Assembly (NCBI GenBank): GCA_963717935.1 | Contig: CAVQXP010000004.1 | Coordinates: forward strand, 1,888,001 to 1,952,000 | Direction of reading: 5' to 3' | Length of the DNA: 64,000 bases | Origin: Candidatus Eiseniibacteriota bacterium | GTDB taxonomy: Bacteria > Eisenbacteria > RBG-16-71-46 | Shown here: positions 37,934 through 49,655 of the stretch, in pieces | Numbering within the stretch: the first letter of the stretch is position 1 | How the letters are laid out: the number at the start of each line of letters is the position of its first letter | Made by a program: the position numbers and the translations under genes | Notes under the pieces: model-generated | What the model was told of the DNA's origin: nothing | The model's database searches: none | What the model saw: the letters and a program-made list of their open reading frames with translations, nothing else

Positions 37934-38647
37934 ATGAGCGAGGAGATCGACCGGCTGTGGGCGCTTCAGGGCCTCGACGAGCAGGCGCTTGCCGTGCGGG
38001 AGATCCTGGCACGGTTCCCGGAGCAGCGGCGGGAACTCGAGCACCGGATCGTGGAGGCGCGCCGGCGGCTCGAACAGGCGAAAGCCCGTCTGGGTGAATC
38101 GCAGAAGCAGCGTCGCGATCTCGAGCGCGAGGCCAGCGCGCTGGGTGAGCAGGAGCGGCGTTTCCAGCAGCAGCTCCCCGCGATCAAGAAGAACGAGGAG
38201 TACACCGCACTGCTGCACGAGATCGAAGGCGTGCGGCGGAAGCGCTCGGAGGTCGAGACCCAGGTGCTCGAGCGGATGGAGGAGGAGGAGCGCGAGCAGC
38301 GGGAGCGGCCGGCGCTCGACGGGGCGCTGAAGAGTGCGGAGGCCGAAGCGGCGGCGCAGGCGAAGCTCATCGACGCCGGGGAGACATCCGAGCGGGAGAA
38401 GCTGGGCGTCCTCGAGGCCCGCCGCGAGGCGCATGCCAGGGAACTGCCTCCAGCGACGCGGGCGCGCTACGAGCGCGTCCACGCCTCGCGGGGCGGGCGC
38501 GCGGTGGTGGCGATCCTCAAGGGCGCGTGCGGAGGCTGCTACCGCACCCTGCCCCCGGCCGTGTTGCAGGAGGCCCGGCGGCGCGACCGGATGATGAGCT
38601 GCGAAGGCTGCGGGCGCATCATGGTCTGGCCGCCTGGCGAGGCCTAG
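37934..38647 (+). CDS. Coiled-coil protein with C4 zinc ribbon (DUF164 / HP0958-like)
   Basis: LQGLD, long coiled coil, KKNEEYTAL..EI, CGGC...CEGCGRI. Confidence 0.9.
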   Translation: MSEEIDRLWALQGLDEQALAVREILARFPEQRRELEHRIVEARRRLEQAKARLGESQKQRRDLEREASALGEQERRFQQQLPAIKKNEEYTALLHEIEGVRRKRSEVETQVLERMEEEEREQRERPALDGALKSAEAEAAAQAKLIDAGETSEREKLGVLEARREAHARELPPATRARYERVHASRGGRAVVAILKGACGGCYRTLPPAVLQEARRRDRMMSCEGCGRIMVWPPGEA

Positions 38648-38657
38648 CCGGGCGACG

Positions 38658-40128
38658 ATGCACGATCCCGTGGCTGTGGCTCCGCCAGGCTCGCGCACGG
38701 GGCGGGACGGGCAGGCGCTGAATCCCCGCCGGCTGCGGCCCGACCTGCCCTTCCGGCGCATCGCGCTCGTGCTTTCCGGTGGCGGCGCGCTCGGCGCCTA
38801 CGAGGTCGGCGTGCTCCGGGTCGTCGAGGCCCTGCGACTCACCCCCGCGGTCGTGGCCGGGGTCTCGGTGGGCGCGATCAACGCGGTGGTGTGGCAGGCG
38901 CACGGGGGCCGCGCGGCCGTGCTCGAGGACGTCTGGCGGCGCATGACCGCGACCGACGTCGGCTTCCGCTGGGTGACACTGGCCCTGAGGGCCCTTGGCG
39001 CGCTGGTGGCAGCCGTGGGGTTGATCGAGTTGCTCCTCACGCTCGCGGGTTCGCGCGAGCTGTCGGGCTCGTACTGGTTCTGGAGGCGGAGCAGCGCGCG
39101 CATCGACCTGACTTCGACGCTGCTCGACCTCGGTATGTGGGGCCTGTTCGCGCTGGCCGGCGTGGTGGCGATGCTGTTCTCGCGCCGCGTGGAGTCGTGG
39201 CTGGCGCGCCGGCGTTCGCCCGGGGACCCCGGACGCACGTCGCGTCTCTTCGGCCGGATCGTGATCGGGCTCTGGTCGGTCTACGCCGTGGTCTGGATCC
39301 TCGGGCTGCCTTGGCCACACCGCTTCACCATGAGCGCCCTGCTGATGCTCGCGCTGATCTGGCTCGCGAACCGCCCGGGCCAGTCCAACGGCTGGGCGCG
39401 CCGCCTGCTGCACGTGCTCATGCCCGAAACGCGGGGCAGCGGATTGTGGGGTGCCACTGCGCGGCAGCGTCTGGTCGAGCGGCTGGTGCGGGAAGGCGAC
39501 GCGAGACGACTCACGGATCCCGGGACGCAGCTGGTGATCAGCGCGCTGGCCATCGACTCGGGGCGCATCGCGTACTTCGTGAGCGGGCCGGCTCCGCCGG
39601 AGGATTTCGTGCGGCGGCTCGAGGCGGAGCTGGGTGAGGTCATACGCGTGCGCGAGCCGGCCGAGGTGGTGCAGGCGGCGCTGGCCTCCTCGGCGATCCC
39701 GGGTGTCTTCGAGCCCGTGCGCATCCGGGGCCGCCACTTCGTGGACCCGGGCGGTTTCGCGAATCAGCCGCTGCACGTCGCGCTGGCGGCCGAGGCTGAC
39801 GCGGTCCTGGTGGTGTTGATGTTGCCGAGCGGGCGGCCGTCGGCGGCGTCGCCGCCGGGCAGCCTGTTCGCGCTCGGCAGCCGGTTGCTGGAGGTGGCGA
39901 ACTGGCGCGACATGCAGGTGGAACTGCGGAACCTGCCCGACGGGCTGGTCCCGCGAGGGTGACCCGGCGCGTGCGTGCGTGGTCGAGCCCGATGCGACTC
40001 TGCCGGGGGGAGTGCTGGGCTTCGACCCCGTGAACGCCGCAGCGCTCATCGAGCGCGGAGAAGAGGACGCGTGGCGTGCGCTCGAGCGAGCGGGGTGGCT
40101 GGCGGCGGAAGCGGGTGCGCAGGGGTGA
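38658..40128 (+). CDS. Patatin-like phospholipase with internal membrane segments (frameshift ~39950)
   Basis: LVLSGGGALG, GVSVG, ASSAIPGVF, FVDPGG; C-terminal LGFDP...LIERGEEDA in the shifted frame ending TGA 40128. Confidence 0.85.
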
Positions 40129-40246
40129 GGGCGTGGAACTCGCCGCGGGCTGGAGGCGATCACATCGAGGCGTCCCGCCGTGGGCGCTCGAGCCGGAAGG
40201 TCATCTTGGAGCGATTCGGCGGGGTCCGTCCCATGGGTGCCTCGCT

Positions 40247-42106
40247 GTGACGTCCGCGCCGGGACGTGGGGCGCGCGCCCGCGCGTCGGGAGCCGGCCAT
40301 GGCGCGCCCGGCCGCCCGCGTGGCGCGGTCTCCGGGGGTTCCGGCTCCTCCCGGCCACAGGCGGCTCCTTCGCGGGGCCGCAGGGCGCTGATCCTGGCCC
40401 TGCTCGCCGCCGGGACGTTCGCGGCCTTCGCCGGGGTGCTGCGGCACGGCTGGGCCATACTCGACGATCCTCAGTACGTCACCAGCAATCCGTACGTGAA
40501 CCGCGGTCTGACGCTGGAGGGTGTGCGCTGGTCCCTGCAGACGCCCCACGGCGGGAACTGGCACCCCCTCACATCCTGGTCGCACATGCTGGACGTCCAG
40601 GTCTTCGGCCTGGCGCCCGCGGGCCACCACGCCGTGAGCCTGCTCCTCCACGTGCTGACCGCGGGCCTCCTCGCGCTCGTGCTCTTCCGGCTCACGGGCG
40701 CCTGGTGGAGGAGCGTGCTCGTGGCGGGGTTGTTCGCGCTCCATCCGCTGCGGGTCGAATCGGTGGCGTGGATCTCGGAGCGGAAGGACGTGCTGAGCGG
40801 CCTTCTCTTCGTGCTTACGATCGAAGCCTACCGGCGGTGGGTCGCACGTCCGGGCGCGGCGCGCTACGGGCTCGTCCTGGCCGGGTTGGCGCTGGGACTG
40901 ATGTCCAAGCCGATGCTGGTCACGATGCCCTTCGTGCTCCTGTTGCTCGACGTGTGGCCGCTGGGGCGGCTGAAGCCGGAGGGGCGGGGCCCGGCGCCCG
41001 GCGCCCCGGTGCGGACGCTGGCGGGCCTGGTCGTGGAGAAATGGCCGATGTGGGTGCTGGTGGCGGCTTCGTCCGCCATCACCGTGTCCTTCCAATGGGC
41101 GACGGGGGCGGTGGCCGGGGCGGGACGCCTGCCGCTCGCGAACCGTGTGCTCAATGCGCTGGTCTCCTACTGGCGCTATGTCGGGAAGACACTCTGGCCG
41201 AGCGACCTGGCGGTGTTCTACCCGTTCAGCGGCACGGCGCAGGTGGCCGGAGGTGCCGCCGCGGCGATCGCGCTGGCAGGGGTGACCGCGTGGGCGCTGC
41301 AGCAGTCGCGCAAGCGTCCGTACGTGGCGGTCGGATGGTTCTGGTATGTCGGGATGTTGGTGCCGGTGATCGGACTCGTCCAGGTCGGGGGACAGGCGTA
41401 TGCGGACCGCTACACCTACCTCCCGACCATCGGTCTGCTCATCGCGCTGGTCTGGGGCCTTGCGGAGGTCGTGTCGAGCTCACGAGCGGCGAAGGTCGCG
41501 GCCACGTGCGCGTCTGCGGCCCTGCTGGTGGGCCTGGCGGTGGCCACGTCACGGCAGGTGGGACTCTGGCGGGACGACCGCACGCTCCTTACCCACACGC
41601 TCGCGGTCACGGGCGAGAATGCGGTGGCGCACCGGGGCCTGGGGGAGGCGCTCCTGAGGTCCGGGCACGCTCTGGCGGCCATCCCTCACTTCGAGGAGGC
41701 GCTGCGGCTGAGGCCGGGGCTGTACAGCCTGCGGGGCAACCTGGGAAGCGCGCTGGGTGCGGTGGGGCGGTACGGGGAGGCGGAAGCCTACCTGCGGGCC
41801 GCGCTGCAGGAGGGGGAGACCGCTCGGATCCACCACAACCTGGGGTCCGTACTCGTGGGGCAGGGACGCCTGGACGAGGCGATCGGCGAATACGAGGCTG
41901 CGGTCCGGCTCGATCCCGGCGAGCACCGGCTGCTCGACCAGTTGGCGGCGGCCCATGCCGCGGCGGGGCATCGGGTGGAGGCTGTGCGGTCCTGGGAGCG
42001 GGCCATCGAGCTCGCGCGGGGCGCGGGTGACGGAGCGGAAGCCGCACGGTACGCGGAGCACCTGGGGACGTACCGGGCGGACAGCGCGTCCCGTCCGTCA
42101 CGTTGA
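40247..42106 (+). CDS. TMTC-like multi-TM glycosyltransferase (GT-C fold) with C-terminal TPRs (start uncertain)
   Basis: LDDPQYV, NWHPLT, HPLRVESVAWISERKDVL, KPMLVT, ADRYTYLP, W.D...L, then TPR motifs (AHxxLG, HNLG). Confidence 0.85.
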   Translation: MTSAPGRGARARASGAGHGAPGRPRGAVSGGSGSSRPQAAPSRGRRALILALLAAGTFAAFAGVLRHGWAILDDPQYVTSNPYVNRGLTLEGVRWSLQTPHGGNWHPLTSWSHMLDVQVFGLAPAGHHAVSLLLHVLTAGLLALVLFRLTGAWWRSVLVAGLFALHPLRVESVAWISERKDVLSGLLFVLTIEAYRRWVARPGAARYGLVLAGLALGLMSKPMLVTMPFVLLLLDVWPLGRLKPEGRGPAPGAPVRTLAGLVVEKWPMWVLVAASSAITVSFQWATGAVAGAGRLPLANRVLNALVSYWRYVGKTLWPSDLAVFYPFSGTAQVAGGAAAAIALAGVTAWALQQSRKRPYVAVGWFWYVGMLVPVIGLVQVGGQAYADRYTYLPTIGLLIALVWGLAEVVSSSRAAKVAATCASAALLVGLAVATSRQVGLWRDDRTLLTHTLAVTGENAVAHRGLGEALLRSGHALAAIPHFEEALRLRPGLYSLRGNLGSALGAVGRYGEAEAYLRAALQEGETARIHHNLGSVLVGQGRLDEAIGEYEAAVRLDPGEHRLLDQLAAAHAAAGHRVEAVRSWERAIELARGAGDGAEAARYAEHLGTYRADSASRPSR

Positions 42107-42219
42107 AGCGGGTCGCCGGCCGGCACGACGCGCATTTCGTCCCGTGGCGGTCCGGCCCGGAATCCCGGGGACCGCGCAGGACCGGGAGGCGGTGCGGGGC
42201 TCGTCCGGCGTTCCGTCGC

Positions 42220-42248
42220 TTGTGGGTGCCACTCCCTTCGACTACGCT
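42220..42248 (+). promoter_or_regulatory. Possible promoter for leaderless rnhA(-rnpB)
   Basis: TTGTGG-N17-TACGCT, GTG start 6 nt later, no SD. Confidence 0.4.
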
Positions 42249-42254
42249 TCCTGC

Positions 42255-42675
42255 GTGAGCACTCCGACGAACGGCGAATGGACGCTGCGCTGTGACGGCG
42301 GGTCCCGGGGAAACCCGGGGCCGGCGGCGCTGGGGTACGTGCTCCTCGGGCCTGCGGGCCGCGAGGTGGAGGCGCGCGGCGCGCGCATCGGGCCGGCCAC
42401 GAACAACGTGGCCGAGTACCGGGCGCTGATCGCGGGCCTCGAGGCGGCCGGGAGGGCCGGAGCCGACCCGCTGCTGGTATGCATGGATTCCGAACTGGTG
42501 GTGCGCCAGATGACCGGCGAGTACCGGGTGAAGAACGCCGGCTTGAAGCCGCTCCACGCAGAAGCCCGTCGGGCGCTGGCAAAGCTCGGCCGGGTGCGTT
42601 TCAGCTCCGTGCGGCGCGAGGCCAACACTCACGCCGACCGGCTCGTCAACGAAGCGCTCGACGAAGTCCTGGGTT

Positions 42676-42692
<17 letters not shown>
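42255..42692 (+). CDS. rnhA: Ribonuclease HI (short, Actinobacteria/archaea-like type)
   Basis: DGGSRGNPGPA, TNNVAEYRAL, DSELVVRQM, VRREANTHADRL. Confidence 0.93.
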
Positions 42693-43092
<400 letters not shown>

Positions 43093-43174
43093 GTCTGTAC
43101 CTCCGGAAGGCCGCCGAACGCACGGTGCCGGCGCAAGCGGGCGCCGCGGCGGCGGCGGCGCCGGGGCGTCAGCC

Positions 43175-45160
43175 ATGACACGTTCGATGAGCAGGTCGCG
43201 CAAGGGCCGGGGCAGGGCGCCGGGTACGGCAGCCACAGACCCGGGGCCGCCGGTCCGTGGGCGGGGTTCTGGCCGTGGGGTACAGGCCGTGCTGGCCGCG
43301 GCGCTCGCCGCCTTCGTCCTCCATGCGCGGGGATTGAGTGGTGGCTTCGTCTGGGACGATCACCTCCTGATCGAGCAGAACCCGCTGCTGCGCTCGGCAG
43401 CGGATCTCGGGCGCGCGCTCGGCGGCGACTTCTGGGCCGCGAGCAGCGGGGCGCCTCCTCGGGCCTGTGGCGCCCGCTCATCACGCTGTCGTACGGGGTG
43501 GACGGGGCGGTATCGCGCTGGGATCCTGGCTGGTTCCACCTGTGAACGTCCTCGCGCATGCGTTGACCTCGGCGCTGGTGGCAGCGCTGGCGCTCGGGGC
43601 GGGGATGTCGGCGCTGACCGCGGGGCTGGTTGGGATGCTCTTCGCCGCCCTGCCCGCGCACGCCGAGTCGGTGGCGTGGATCTCGGGGCGGACCGACGTC
43701 TACTGCGCGGCCTTCTTCCTGCTGGCGCTGCTGCTGGACCGCCGCGCGAGGGCGGCGGGTCGCGCCTGGCCGGGTGCGGCCGCGCTGTTCGGCGCTGGCG
43801 CTGGCGCTGCTCAGCAAGGAGACGGCGCTGCCGTTCGTGCTGGTGGTCGCGGTGGCCGAGCGGATCGGGCTCCGGGGGCGCAGTCCCGACCTGCGCGCGA
43901 GCGCAAGGTGGCTCGCGCCCTACGCGGGGCTCACGCTGCGCTCCACCTGACCGTCGCACCAGGCCTCGGTGCGCGTGGCCGGCGAAGTGCCCATGGTCAC
44001 CGAGGCCGGCTCGCAGGGGCTCCGCGGCGCTGGCTCTGATGTTCCCGGGCTACCTCGCCTTCGCCTGGCCCTGGTTCAACCACACGCCGGCGGTCCTGCT
44101 GGCGCCCGCGAGCGCCGCCGCCTGGACCGTGGCCGGCGCGGTGGCCCTGCACGCCTGCTTCCTGCTGGCGCTGGGCTGGCTGCTGTGGAAGCGGTCCGCT
44201 GTGGCGCTGCCGCTGGCGCTGTTCTGGCTGACGCTGCTGCCCACGCTGGTCGTGGACCTGAGCCGGGGCACGTTCCTGTACGCGGAGCGCTTCTTCTACC
44301 TTCCGTCGGCGGGCCTGGCCTGGGCGGCGGGGACGGGGGTCGACGCGCTGCGCGGACGGCCGCGCGCGTGGCGGGCCGGCGTGGCGTGCCTGGCGGCGCT
44401 GGTGGTCGGAAGCGCGTCCGTCCTCGTCCCGCTTCTCCCCGAGTGGCACGACGACTCCGCGCTCTTCGAGTCCATGGCGCGCCGGGCGCCGCGGAACTAC
44501 ATGGCGCGCACCCAGTGGGCGCGCATGCTCGCGCTCGACGGGCGCGACGCGGAGGCGACGCGCGAGCTGGACGCGGCGCTGGCGCTCGATCGCGACGCGG
44601 CCGGAGGAGCCGGCCATCGCGCGCGCTGCTCGCGTACGGGCGGGGCGATTGGGCGGGCACGTTGGGGGCGGCGGAGCGGGCCATCGCGCAGGGCAACATC
44701 GAGAACGAGCCGCGGCTGCTGCGCGCGGCGGCGCTGCTGTCGGTCGGTCGAATCGAAGCAGGGCGGACGCGCGCTGGAGGACTTGCGCCGCCGTACCCCG
44801 GGACAGCCGGCGGTCGAGTCGCTGTGGGGGCAGTACCTGCTGAACACCGGGGATGCTGCCGAGGCGTACCCGGTGCTGTCCCAGGCGGCCCGGCTGCTCC
44901 CCGCGGACGTGGGCCTGGCGTACGCGAGGGCGCTGGCGGCGAACGACACCGGGCGGCACGCCGAAGCGCGCGCCGCGCTCCAGCGTGCCGTGCGGCTGGA
45001 GCCCTCGCGCTACGATGCGTGGCTGGAGCTCGCCCGCACCTGCGCGGCGCTCGGCGACGGCGCCGGGACCGCGGATGCGCTGGCGCGCGCGCAGCGGTTG
45101 CCGGCGGCGGTGGATGGCCGGGCGGAGGCACTGCGCGCGCGGCTGGCATCGCCGCGCTGA
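43175..45160 (+). CDS. Second TMTC-like glycosyltransferase with TPRs (multiple frameshifts)
   Basis: FVWDDHLLI, WRPLITLSY, NVLAHA, HAESVAWISGRTD, SKETA, YAERFFYLP and TPRs are spread across three frames. Confidence 0.8.
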   Translation: MTRSMSRSRKGRGRAPGTAATDPGPPVRGRGSGRGVQAVLAAALAAFVLHARGLSGGFVWDDHLLIEQNPLLRSAADLGRALGGDFWAASSGAPPRACGARSSRCRTGWTGRYRAGILAGSTCERPRACVDLGAGGSAGARGGDVGADRGAGWDALRRPARARRVGGVDLGADRRLLRGLLPAGAAAGPPREGGGSRLAGCGRAVRRWRWRCSARRRRCRSCWWSRWPSGSGSGGAVPTCARAQGGSRPTRGSRCAPPDRRTRPRCAWPAKCPWSPRPARRGSAALALMFPGYLAFAWPWFNHTPAVLLAPASAAAWTVAGAVALHACFLLALGWLLWKRSAVALPLALFWLTLLPTLVVDLSRGTFLYAERFFYLPSAGLAWAAGTGVDALRGRPRAWRAGVACLAALVVGSASVLVPLLPEWHDDSALFESMARRAPRNYMARTQWARMLALDGRDAEATRELDAALALDRDAAGGAGHRARCSRTGGAIGRARWGRRSGPSRRATSRTSRGCCARRRCCRSVESKQGGRALEDLRRRTPGQPAVESLWGQYLLNTGDAAEAYPVLSQAARLLPADVGLAYARALAANDTGRHAEARAALQRAVRLEPSRYDAWLELARTCAALGDGAGTADALARAQRLPAAVDGRAEALRARLASPR

Positions 45161-45177
45161 CGCGCGCCCGCGCGGCC

Positions 45178-45207
45178 TTGACCCTTCTGACGCGAGGCTG
45201 ATAGCGT
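45178..45207 (+). promoter_or_regulatory. Putative sigma70 promoter for recJ-rel operon
   Basis: TTGACC-N18-TAGCGT with TG extended -10. Confidence 0.5.
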
Positions 45208-45261
45208 GCCGGAAGCGTCGTCCCTCGCCGCGCGCCGCGTGCTCCTCTTCGAAGGCCTCCC

Positions 45262-46980
45262 GTGATCGCTCCGACCTCCGCTCCCGAGTGGGTGCCGCAT
45301 CCCCGGCGTGACGCCGGCCGGGCGTTGGCGCTGGCGCGCGAGTTGGGCGCGCCCGTGGCGGCCGCGCACGCCCTGGTGAACCGGGGGCTGGAGAGCGCGG
45401 ACGCGGCACGGCGCTACCTCGATCCCGGGATCGAGGACCTGCACGATCCCTTCCTGCTGCGGGACCTGGACGTGGCGGTGGCGCGCATCGAGCGGGCGCT
45501 GACGGCCGGGGAGCGCATCTTCGTCCACGGCGACTACGACGTGGACGGGATCACCTCGACGTTCCTGCTCTACTCGGTGCTCCGGGACCTGGGAGGCCGC
45601 GTCGAGGTCCGGATCCCGCATCGCACGCGCGACGGGTACGGACTGTCGGTCGAGGCGATGCAGGAGGCGCACGGCGCCGGCTGCACCCTGGTCATCACGG
45701 TGGACTGCGGCGTGACCGCGGTGGAGGCCGTGGAGCGGGGGCGCGAGCTGGGGCTCGATACGATCATCACCGACCACCACGAACCGGCGGCGGTGCTGCC
45801 CGACGGCGGTGGCGGTCGTGAACCCCCGGCGGCCCGGCTGCGCGTACCCGTTCAAGGCGCTGGCCGGCGTGGGGGTCACGTTCAAGCTCGCCGAGGCTCT
45901 GCTGCGCGGCCGCGGCGGGCTGGAGCAGGCGCGCGAGTTCCTCGACGTGGTGGCGCTCGGGACGATCGCGGACGTGGTCCCGCTGGTGGGGGAGAACCGG
46001 GTCCTGGCCCGGCTCGGGCTCGACCGGCTGAACCGGCACGCGGCGCGTCGGCATGAAGGCGCTGATGGAGGTGGCGGGCCTTGCCGGGCGCCCGGTCACC
46101 GAGCGGACAGGTGGCGTTCGTGCTGGCGCCGCGCATCAACGCCGGGGGCCGCATGGGCAATGCCGAGCAGGGCCTGCGGCTGCTGCTGGCCCGTGACGCC
46201 GCCGAGGCGCGTGACCTGGCGCAGAGCCTCGAGGACGACAACCAGCTGACGGCGCACGGTACGACGAGGAGGCGCTGGGGGAGGCGGCGCAGCGGGTCGA
46301 GAGCGAACTGGGTTGGCCCGACTGCGCGTCGATCCTGCTCTGGTCGGAGCGCTGGCACGCAGGCGTGATCGGCATCGTGGCCTCGCGCCTGGTCGAGCGT
46401 TTCCAGCGTCCAGCCCTGCTGGTGGCGCTCGACGGCGAGCGTGGCCGCGGCTCGGGCCGCAGCCTGCCGGGGCTCGACCTGAACGCGGTGCTGGCGGAGT
46501 GCGCCGACCTGCTCGAGGCCTACGGCGGACACGCCTTCGCCGCGGGGTTCACCGTGCACCGCTCGCACTGCCCGAGTTGCGGGAGCGGCTCGAGCGCCTG
46601 GTGCGCGAGCGGGTGTCGGTCGATGCGTACACGCCGCGGCTCACGATCGACGCCGACGTACACCTGGCGGAGTGCGATTTCGGGCTCGTGGACTGGCTCG
46701 AGCGCATGTCCCCGCATGGTCTCGACAATCCGGAGCCGCTCTTCCAGGCCGCGGGGCTGACGGTGGAGTCGGTCAGCACGGTGGGGCAGGGGCGCCACCT
46801 GCGCCTGCAGGTGCGGGAGGGCGCCGGGAGCGCCGAGGCCATCGGCTTCGGCCTGGGCGCGCGAGCGGACGAGGTCGGGCGGGCGCGGCGCTGCCGATCT
46901 GGCCTTCGTGCCCACGCGCAACGAGTGGATGGGCCAGGACGCGTGTGCAGCTCAAGCTGAAGGACGTGCGGGTTCCGTGA
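45262..46980 (+). CDS. recJ: ssDNA exonuclease RecJ (multiple frameshifts)
   Basis: [65 protein letters not shown] across frames. Confidence 0.92.
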
Positions 46981-49188
46981 GCACCCCCGGCCCCGGCTCC
47001 GAGGCTGGCGGAACTCCGCGCGTCGCTGCTTGCCGTCCTCGACGAGAAGGTGCCTCGCGTGGACCGCGACCGGGTCGCGGCCTGCTTCGACTTCGCCGCG
47101 CAGGCCCACGGAGCACAGCGCCGCGCCTCGGGGCAGCCGTACATCTCGCACCCGGTGGCGGTGTGCCGCATCCTGGTCGACCTGCTCGAGTCCCGGCTGG
47201 ACACGACGCTGGCCTGCGCCGCGCTGCTGCACGACGTCGTCGAGGACACCGACACGCCGATCACGGAGGTGGAGAAGCGCTTCGGCCGCGACGTGCGGGG
47301 GCTGGTCGAGGGCGTGACGAAGCTGGCCGGGCTGCACGTCGACAGCCCGGAGGTCCAGCAGGCCGAGAACTTCCGCAAGATGCTGCTCTCGATGTCGCGC
47401 GACCTGCGCGTGATCTTCATCAAGCTCGCGGACCGCCTGCACAACATCCGCACGATCGAGTTCCTGCCCCGCGAGCGGGCGGAGCGGATCGCCGTGGAGA
47501 CGCGCGACATCTACGCGCCGCTCGCCCACCGGCTGGGCATGGCCGGGATCAAGCGCGAGCTCGAGGATCTGAGCCTCAAGGTGCTCGATCCAGCCGCCTA
47601 CCAGGAACTGGTGCAGAGGATCCAGGCACGTCTCCAGGAGCGCGAGCGCTTCCTCTCGGGGGTGCGGGAGCGTCTGGAGGAGGGGCTGAAGGCGGTCGGC
47701 ATCCGGGCCGAGGTCAGCGGCCGGCCCAAGCACTTCTACTCGATCTACGCGAAGCTCCGCTCGGGGCGCGATTTCAAGAACATCTACGACCTGTTCGGGC
47801 TGCGCATCATCACCCACACGCGCAGCGACTGCTACCGCGCGCTGGGCGTGGCGCACGACCTGTTCATGCCGGTGCCGGAGCGCTTCAAGGACTACATCGC
47901 CACGGCCAAGAGCAACATGTACCAGTCGCTGCACACCACGGTGCTCGCCACCGGTGGGGAGCTGGTGGAGGTGCAGATCCGCACGCGCGAGATGCACCGG
48001 ACCGCGGAGACCGGGATCGCCGCCCATTACGTCTACAAGCAGGGCGGCAAGGTGGACGAGGAGCTCGACGCGAAGCTCGGCGGGTTCATGGCGCAGACGG
48101 CGGACTGGCAGCGCGCCGCGAACGACGACGAGTACATGGACTTCCTGCGGACCGCCCTCTACCAGGAGGAGGTGTTCGCCTACACGCCACGGCGGGAGCT
48201 GAAGCGGCTCCCGAAGGGCGCGACGGCGCTGGACTTCGCCTTCATGATCCACACGGCGGTGGGCCAGCACACGGTCGGCGCGCGCGTCAACGGTGAGCTC
48301 GTGCCCCTGCGGCACGCGCTGCAGAATGGCGACACCGTCGAGATCATCACCTCCCCGCAGGCCCAGCCGCACGAGGACTGGCTGCACGTCCTCAAGATGC
48401 CGGGCGCCCGCAGCAAGGTGCGCCACTGGCTGAGGCAGCGCCGCCACGCGGACAGCGTGGCGCTGGGGCGCGAGATGCTGGAGCGCGAGCTCAAGCGCGT
48501 GCGGAAGAAGCCCGCGGACGTACCGCTGGAGGAGGTCGCGCGGGCATTCGGCTGCAGCGATCTCGAGACGTTCTACGCGCGCGTGGCCGAGGGCCAGGTC
48601 TCGCTGACGCAGGTGACGCAGAAGCTCCTGCCTCCGAGGGAGGGGCTGGCCGAGCGCCTCGCGAAGGGGCCGCTCGAGGCGCTGGGGCTGGGACGCCGGC
48701 CAGCGGGCGGCATCCTCATCCAGGGGGTGGAGAACGTCATGGTGAGCTACGCGCGCTGCTGCCAGCCGGTGCCGGGCGATCGCGTCGTGGGCATCGTCAC
48801 GATCGGCCGTGGCGTCTCCGTGCACCGGCAGGACTGTCCGAACACGTTCGGTGACCGCGTGCCGTCGGAGCGCCGCGTGGCCGTCGAGTGGGACGTGAGC
48901 CTCGATCACAAGTTCCCGGTGCGGCTCCTGGTCTACGGCCATGACCGCAACTCGCTGCTCGCGGACATCGCCAAGGCCATCTCGCTGACCTCGGTCAACA
49001 TCCGCAGCGCCGGCGTGGCAAGCGAGGACCGGAGGGCGCGCGGCGTGTTCGTGATCGAGGTGCCGCATCTGGCGAAGCTGCAGGACGTGATGCACGCCAT
49101 CCGCCGGGTGAGCGGGGTGACCCGCGTCGAGCGGCGCCAGCGGATGTTCCGCTCCGCGGGCTCCCGGCGCGGCACGGGGGAGCGGTGA
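46977..49188 (+). CDS. rel: Bifunctional (p)ppGpp synthetase/hydrolase (frameshift ~46988)
   Basis: LLHDVVED HD motif, IKLADRLHN, GRPKH, YQSLHT, EVQIRT, TGS, CC zinc region and ACT domain. Confidence 0.95.
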
Positions 49189-49655
49189 GGGCGCTGGTGC
49201 AGCGCGTCGCGCACGCACGGGTGACCGTGGAAGGGCGCGTCGCGGGCGAGATCGGCCCGGGCCTGCTCGTGCTGCTCGGGGCGGCGCATGCGGACGGCGA
49301 GGAGCAGGCGGCGTGGCTCGCGCGGAAGCTCGCCGGGCTGCGGATCTTCCGTGACGCGGAGGGGCTCATGAACCTGGACGTGCGCCAGAGCGGCGGGGCT
49401 GCGCTCGTCGTGCCGCAGTTCACGCTCTACGGCGAGACGCGGCGCGGGCGCCGCCCGGACTTCACGGGGGCCGCGCCGCCGGGGCAGGCGGAGCCGCTCT
49501 TCGAGCGCTTCTGCGTGCTGCTGGCGTCGCAGGACGTGCCGGTCCAGCGTGGCGTCTTCGGGGCGCAGATGGCGGTGGAACTGCTGAACGACGGGCCGGT
49601 GACGCTCCTGATCGAGACGCCGGCCGCGGGCACGGCGCAGGCGGAGGCGGAATGA
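49185..49655 (+). CDS. dtd: D-aminoacyl-tRNA deacylase
   Basis: MRALVQRV, LRIF, QFTLYG, GRRP, FGAQM, NDGPVT. Confidence 0.95.
   Translation: MRALVQRVAHARVTVEGRVAGEIGPGLLVLLGAAHADGEEQAAWLARKLAGLRIFRDAEGLMNLDVRQSGGAALVVPQFTLYGETRRGRRPDFTGAAPPGQAEPLFERFCVLLASQDVPVQRGVFGAQMAVELLNDGPVTLLIETPAAGTAQAEAE

Noticed and set aside
39955..39962. TGA ending the patatin ORF as a second Sec codon
   Set aside because: The protein continues in another frame (indel); no Cys-aligned position or SECIS.
43175..46980. Pseudogene status for the second TMTC gene and recJ
   Set aside because: All motifs are present across frames without internal decay; same indel pattern as in essential genes.
46549..49218. 889-aa minus-strand ORF
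   Set aside because: Antisense shadow of rel/recJ.
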